DNA from: Pseudobdellovibrionaceae bacterium
Lineage (GTDB): Bacteria > Bdellovibrionota > Bdellovibrionia > Bdellovibrionales > JAMPXM01
Length of the DNA stretch: 64,000 nt
Reading direction: 5' to 3'
Assembly (NCBI GenBank): GCA_947462815.1
Contig: CANHQR010000014.1
Span: forward strand, 800 to 64,799
In this document: piece by piece, positions 62,974-64,000 of the stretch
Layout of the letters: every line of letters begins with the position of its first letter
How positions within the stretch are numbered: position 1 is the first letter of the stretch
The notes under the pieces: generated by a model
What the model was told of the DNA's origin: nothing
Database searches by the model: none
What the model saw: only the letters and a program-made list of their open reading frames with translations
Translations under genes and position numbers: made by a program

Positions 62974-64000
62974 GGAAACCTCTCCGCGACTTTCTTGTGG
63001 TTCAGCTTGAGAGCAAGAAGATTCCCACCAAGGCTCATCACCCAAATCTGCTGTCGTTGACGATCAAACACAGGCTCCCCGACCACGCCCTCACCCGTCG
63101 CGTAGCTGGCGACGCCCTGAAAGTTCTCAAGATTCACCAGCTGAATCCGCCCTTCACTTTCGCCAAACACCATCAAGTTGCCTGTCGGCGAAATGGCCGG
63201 ACGTGTTGCCATTCCGCGCTTCAGTTTGAGTTCGCGCAAGACTTTGCCGGAGGACTCGTCGAGCTCAACCAATCGCCCATCATGCGTTGAGAAGTAGAGC
63301 TTGCTTTCGGCCTCATGCAATCGAACCGGCGTGTAGCCCCCCAGATCCACCTGCCAAGAGACCTCACCACTTTCGAGGTTGAGCGCGACGAGACTGCCGT
63401 CGAAGCTTGCGGTGAAGAGGCGTTGGCCTCGAATCACGGGCGTGGCATCGACGTCGCGAAAGCGTGAGGCTTTGCCAAGCTTTCTTTCCCACTGCATGGC
63501 CCCATCTCGTGCGCGCAGCGAGACCACAAAGCCGTCAGCAAAGCCCGCATAGACGCGATCTTGATGGACGGTCGGCTGCGAGGTCGAACGAATCGAAAGG
63601 TTGCCGGTCATCTGACGATTGTAAAGCCACGCCAACTTACCCGACTCGCGCTCCAGCGCCACGACCACATCGGCGCCTGTCTGCAAATAGACGCGATCGC
63701 CGGAGACACTCGGCGCGGAGAGAATATCCGCACGAGCTGCGAAACGCCACAGCTCTTTGCCTGTCCTTAGATCTACAGCCAAGACATTGCCATCGCCGCC
63801 GCCAAAGTAGACTCTCTCCTCGGCCACGCTGACGCCGCCTTCGACGCCACCATCCACTTTGAATCGCCAGATTTCTCTTCCCGTGTTGGCGTCGTATTTC
63901 ACGACGCCATCGATGGCATTGGCGATGATCACGGCATCTCCGACAAGCCAAGGCGTCGCGCGATGCATACGACGATAGCCAAAGAACTCTTGTTCGCCTG
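62949..64000 (-). CDS. bamB: outer membrane protein assembly factor BamB (PQQ-like beta-propeller), N-terminus beyond the right edge
   Basis: Repeated propeller blades are present (GVVKYDANTGREIWRF, GNVLAVDLRTGKELWRF, VVALERESGKLAWLY, VVSLRARDGAMQWE, LVALNLESGEVSWQV). The reading frame stays open upstream of Met 63968 to position 64000. Confidence 0.75.
   Translation of the reverse strand, partial: GEQEFFGYRRMHRATPWLVGDAVIIANAIDGVVKYDANTGREIWRFKVDGGVEGGVSVAEERVYFGGGDGNVLAVDLRTGKELWRFAARADILSAPSVSGDRVYLQTGADVVVALERESGKLAWLYNRQMTGNLSIRSTSQPTVHQDRVYAGFADGFVVSLRARDGAMQWERKLGKASRFRDVDATPVIRGQRLFTASFDGSLVALNLESGEVSWQVDLGGYTPVRLHEAESKLYFSTHDGRLVELDESSGKVLRELKLKRGMATRPAISPTGNLMVFGESEGRIQLVNLENFQGVASYATGEGVVGEPVFDRQRQQIWVMSLGGNLLALKLNHKKVAERFPWSRTRKP

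Overview
This is a dense, moderately GC-rich bacterial chromosomal segment. I count about 68 protein-coding genes across both strands, several with 4-25 nt start/stop overlaps. I recognised no rRNA, tRNA, CRISPR array, transposase, integrase or prophage.

Recognisable housekeeping and metabolic genes:
- Redox and repair: bcp, glutathione peroxidase, msrP/msrQ, sufE.
- Amino-acid and kynurenine metabolism: kynB and kynA (5 kb apart), ltaE, an arginase-family enzyme.
- RNA and translation: queG, a CCA-adding/poly(A) polymerase family enzyme, an rRNA pseudouridine synthase, an Rsm22-like methyltransferase.
- Regulation and transport: a YebC-family regulator, a GAF/HD-GYP protein, an OppA-like binding protein.
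- Pterin: a PTPS/QueD-like gene paired with an SDR.
- Envelope: CapA, a GNAT, a NodB-like deacetylase, an M48 peptidase, bamB (partial, at the right edge).

The window also holds many envelope proteins (OmpA-family, MipA-like, beta-barrel, L,D-transpeptidase, PA14 lipoprotein, vWA lipoprotein). It has an unusually high density of exported putative hydrolases and nucleases: an HNH/DUF1524 nuclease, an EEP nuclease, a LAS-type peptidase and two papain-like candidates.

A small histone-fold protein, a TIGR02147-family protein and this hydrolase load suggest a Bdellovibrionota-like (predatory) genome. That assignment is inference only.

I did not find a convincing multi-gene novel system such as a defence island. 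The most interesting items are:
1. A bacterial histone-fold gene with a lysine-rich N-terminal tail (39999-40202).
2. A Bcp peroxiredoxin fused to a roughly 100-aa H1-like lysine-rich extension.
3. A small-gene cassette of a secreted 4-Cys peptide, a 7x heptamer array with an inverted partial copy, and a 2-TM protein (28783-29430).
4. Two tandem paralogous 3-TM (SemiSWEET-like) genes translationally coupled to an RDD protein.
5. An ALDH-superfamily protein lacking all catalytic residues.
6. A truncated, frameshifted amidase pseudogene.

All functional calls come from motif recognition by eye, not from database searches.
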